Shown: positions 39,767 to 41,513 of the stretch, one piece after another | Numbering within the stretch: position 1 is the first letter of the stretch | Layout: every line of letters starts with the position of its first letter | Assembly (NCBI GenBank): GCA_964455195.1 | Contig: CAYVUY010000003.1 | Coordinates: 1 to 41,513 of the forward strand | Length of the DNA stretch: 41,513 bases | Source of the DNA: an uncultured Candidatus Saccharibacteria bacterium | GTDB lineage: Bacteria; Patescibacteriota; Minisyncoccia; Phycocordibacterales; UBA5272 | Direction of reading: 5' to 3' | Position numbers and translations under genes: made by a program | The notes under the pieces: generated by a model | The model's database searches: none | What the model was told of the DNA's origin: nothing | The model's input: only the letters and a program-made list of their open reading frames with translations

Positions 39767-41485
39767 ATGAATATAAAAACAACACAAAAAATAATTGTCA
39801 TAGGATACGCTCGGGTTAGTTCTTCAAAGCAAGCACAATCAGGAGAGAGCTTGGAAGATCAAGAAAAGGCTATACGAAGGTATTGTGAAGTAAATGGATA
39901 TATCTTATATCAAGATAGAATTTTCAAAGAGCCTTATTCAGGTATGAATACCGATAGACCTGTATACAATGAGATATTAGAAATCCTGAAAAAGAGTAGA
40001 GGTAAAGTAAACTTCAAATACTTTATCTTTTGGGACTTTGATCGCTTGACTCGTGCAGGTACAGGTGATTATGACAAGATGTGGGCTGATGTTGTTAAGT
40101 ATGACTTAGAACTACGAGATACAAGCAATATAATTCAACCTCAAGTAAATGTATTTGAAGAATTTGGATTTCCTTTTGAATATTCGTGGGCAGTAAGTAG
40201 ACCTAATGAGGAAACTGAATACGCACGTGTGGAAAGAGCAAAGCACGACAGGAGAAAGATACTGCAAAGACTAATAAAACCTCAAATAAGCCTAACACAA
40301 GCAGGCTATCATATTGGGAGACCTGATGAAGGATATATAAATAAAAAGATTTTTGTAGATAATAAGAAGAAGTGTATACAGTCACCAAATCTAGATAGAT
40401 CACATTTTATAGTAAAAATGTTTGAGCTTAGGGCTGAAGGATTGTTATCTGATCCAGATATATGCAAGAAGCTAAATTCACTTGGGTATAGAACTGAAAG
40501 CTTGAACAAATGGAATAAAGAACGAACAAAGGTTATTAGTAAAATAGGAAATAATCCACTTTCAGTACAACACTTACAGAAGATTATTTCTAGAACAACT
40601 TACTGTGGTGTTACTTGTAGGAAGTGGACAAAATATCTCCCAGTAAAAGCACAGTATGATGGCTTAGTAAGTATTGAGCTTTTTAACAAAGCTAACAGAG
40701 GGAAGGTTTATATAGAGAAGCTCTCAAGTGGAGAAATAAACTTATTGAGAAATATTTCGATCTACTCCTTGAAAAGGAAGAAGTATAATCCTGATTTTCC
40801 GGCAAAAGGTCTTCTTATGTGTAGAGAGTGTGGAAAAGAAATGAAAGCCAGTTTCTCTCGAGGAAAGAGCGGAAAAAGATTTGGGTTTTATCATTGCACT
40901 AGAAATCACAAAAGATATTCAGTGCCAAAAAATGAAGCAGAGAAGAGTGTTTCAGATTTTATGTGTAATCTTAAATTTGAAGATACCTTCTTAGATATAT
41001 TAGAGAAAGTATTGATACATCAATATAGAGAGAAAGAAGGTTTAGTTGCTCAAGAGAGTGCTGATATAAATCAACACATTGCAAATCTTGAAAGAAAGAA
41101 ATCTGAACTCATCGCTTCTTTTCCGTTAGCCAGCTCTTCCATAGTTAGATCGGGAATAGAAGAAGAAGTTGAAAGAGTTCAGAAAGAGATTGTTGAGGCA
41201 AGAGTAAATAGATCTGAAACAGAGCTAAAAGAGGATGATATTACTAAATTTATTGCTTGGGCTAAAACATTAGTGGAACACCCAGCAAAAATGCTTGAAG
41301 ATATTGAGTCTCCTGAAGAGTTAAGAGTAGCAAGTAGTCTTATTTTTGATAAACTACCAACCTATGAAGAGTTAAGTAGTGGAACACCTAAACTCTCTTT
41401 AGTTTTTAAGCTTGATAGATCTTTTGCTGACAGAAAAGATTCGATGGTGACCCCACGGAGAGTCGAACTCCGGTTACCAGCTTGA
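39767..41485 (+). CDS. Large serine recombinase (resolvase/invertase catalytic domain + recombinase domain + zinc ribbon + coiled coil)
   Basis: VIGYARVSSSKQ...GESLEDQ catalytic N-terminus, FDRLTR, zinc ribbon CRECGKEM...YHCTRNH, and a C-terminal coiled-coil region. The last 13 codons are read from the antisense of tRNA-Glu. Confidence 0.9.
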   Translation: MNIKTTQKIIVIGYARVSSSKQAQSGESLEDQEKAIRRYCEVNGYILYQDRIFKEPYSGMNTDRPVYNEILEILKKSRGKVNFKYFIFWDFDRLTRAGTGDYDKMWADVVKYDLELRDTSNIIQPQVNVFEEFGFPFEYSWAVSRPNEETEYARVERAKHDRRKILQRLIKPQISLTQAGYHIGRPDEGYINKKIFVDNKKKCIQSPNLDRSHFIVKMFELRAEGLLSDPDICKKLNSLGYRTESLNKWNKERTKVISKIGNNPLSVQHLQKIISRTTYCGVTCRKWTKYLPVKAQYDGLVSIELFNKANRGKVYIEKLSSGEINLLRNISIYSLKRKKYNPDFPAKGLLMCRECGKEMKASFSRGKSGKRFGFYHCTRNHKRYSVPKNEAEKSVSDFMCNLKFEDTFLDILEKVLIHQYREKEGLVAQESADINQHIANLERKKSELIASFPLASSSIVRSGIEEEVERVQKEIVEARVNRSETELKEDDITKFIAWAKTLVEHPAKMLEDIESPEELRVASSLIFDKLPTYEELSSGTPKLSLVFKLDRSFADRKDSMVTPRRVELRLPA

Positions 41486-41513
41486 AAAGCTGATGTCCTA
41501 ACCATTAGACGAT
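41445..41513 (-). tRNA. tRNA-Glu (anticodon TTC), 5' end truncated by the window edge; CCA encoded
   Basis: The reverse complement reads ...A-TC-GTCT-AATGGTTA-GGAC-A-TCAGC-TTTTCAA-GCTGG-TAAC-CGGAG-TTCGACT-CTCCG-TGGGGTC-A-CCA. It is colinear with E. coli tRNA-Glu. Confidence 0.85.

Larger units (their letters stand above)
37250..41444. mobile_element. Candidate small integrative element or prophage remnant bounded by tRNA-Glu (left boundary undefined)
   Basis: The large serine recombinase ends inside tRNA-Glu. A phage-like HTH protein, a secreted PG-binding protein, small ORFs and unusually long non-coding spacers contrast with the tightly packed rest of the window. Confidence 0.35.

Noticed and set aside
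1-41513. CRISPR arrays, transposases/IS elements, restriction-modification or other recognisable defence genes
   Set aside because: I looked for regularly spaced direct repeats and for the relevant protein motifs on both strands and found none. The only repeats are the 25-nt pair at 3916/3981, the (AT)9 tract, short in-frame coding repeats and the paralogous gene pairs.

Overview
AT-rich, very gene-dense bacterial chromosome segment. Its style fits an uncultivated small-genome lineage such as Patescibacteria/CPR, but that is inference only. It opens with the last ~46 nt of a 16S rRNA and a tRNA-Ile(GAT). It ends with a large serine recombinase running into a tRNA-Glu(UUC). Housekeeping genes (murB, rsmI, tsaD, rlmH, a trypsin-like protease, a HAD hydrolase) frame two larger blocks. 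The first (4.9-9.4 kb) encodes a small membrane protein, a GH-like TIM-barrel protein, a soluble VirD4/TraD-like ATPase and a secreted lamin-tail/PKD protein. The second (about 9.4-32.5 kb) is a ~23 kb glycan locus with two gmd copies, fcl, a split ManC, five methyltransferases, about seven glycosyltransferases, a Wzx flippase and a Wzy_C/TPR membrane protein. The glycosyltransferases include a tandemly duplicated exostosin-like GT + FkbM module and a GT-A/GT11 fusion. Main observations: (1) the 16S 3' tail lacks the CCUCC anti-Shine-Dalgarno core, and many native genes have a -10-like hexamer only 6-11 nt before the ATG and no SD, suggesting leaderless translation. (2) Several G+C-richer orphan genes carry canonical GGAGG/AAGGA SD boxes and GC-rich hairpin terminators. 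They include a two-gene cassette inside the former 16S-tRNA-Ile spacer and a Nudix gene inside the glycan locus, and they look horizontally acquired. (3) A ~4 kb candidate integrative element sits next to tRNA-Glu, and the recombinase reading frame ends inside the tRNA. (4) Several structured non-coding regions and unannotated small ORFs are present. No CRISPR array, transposase or recognisable defence gene was seen. All family assignments rest on motifs read by eye and need HMM or structure confirmation.
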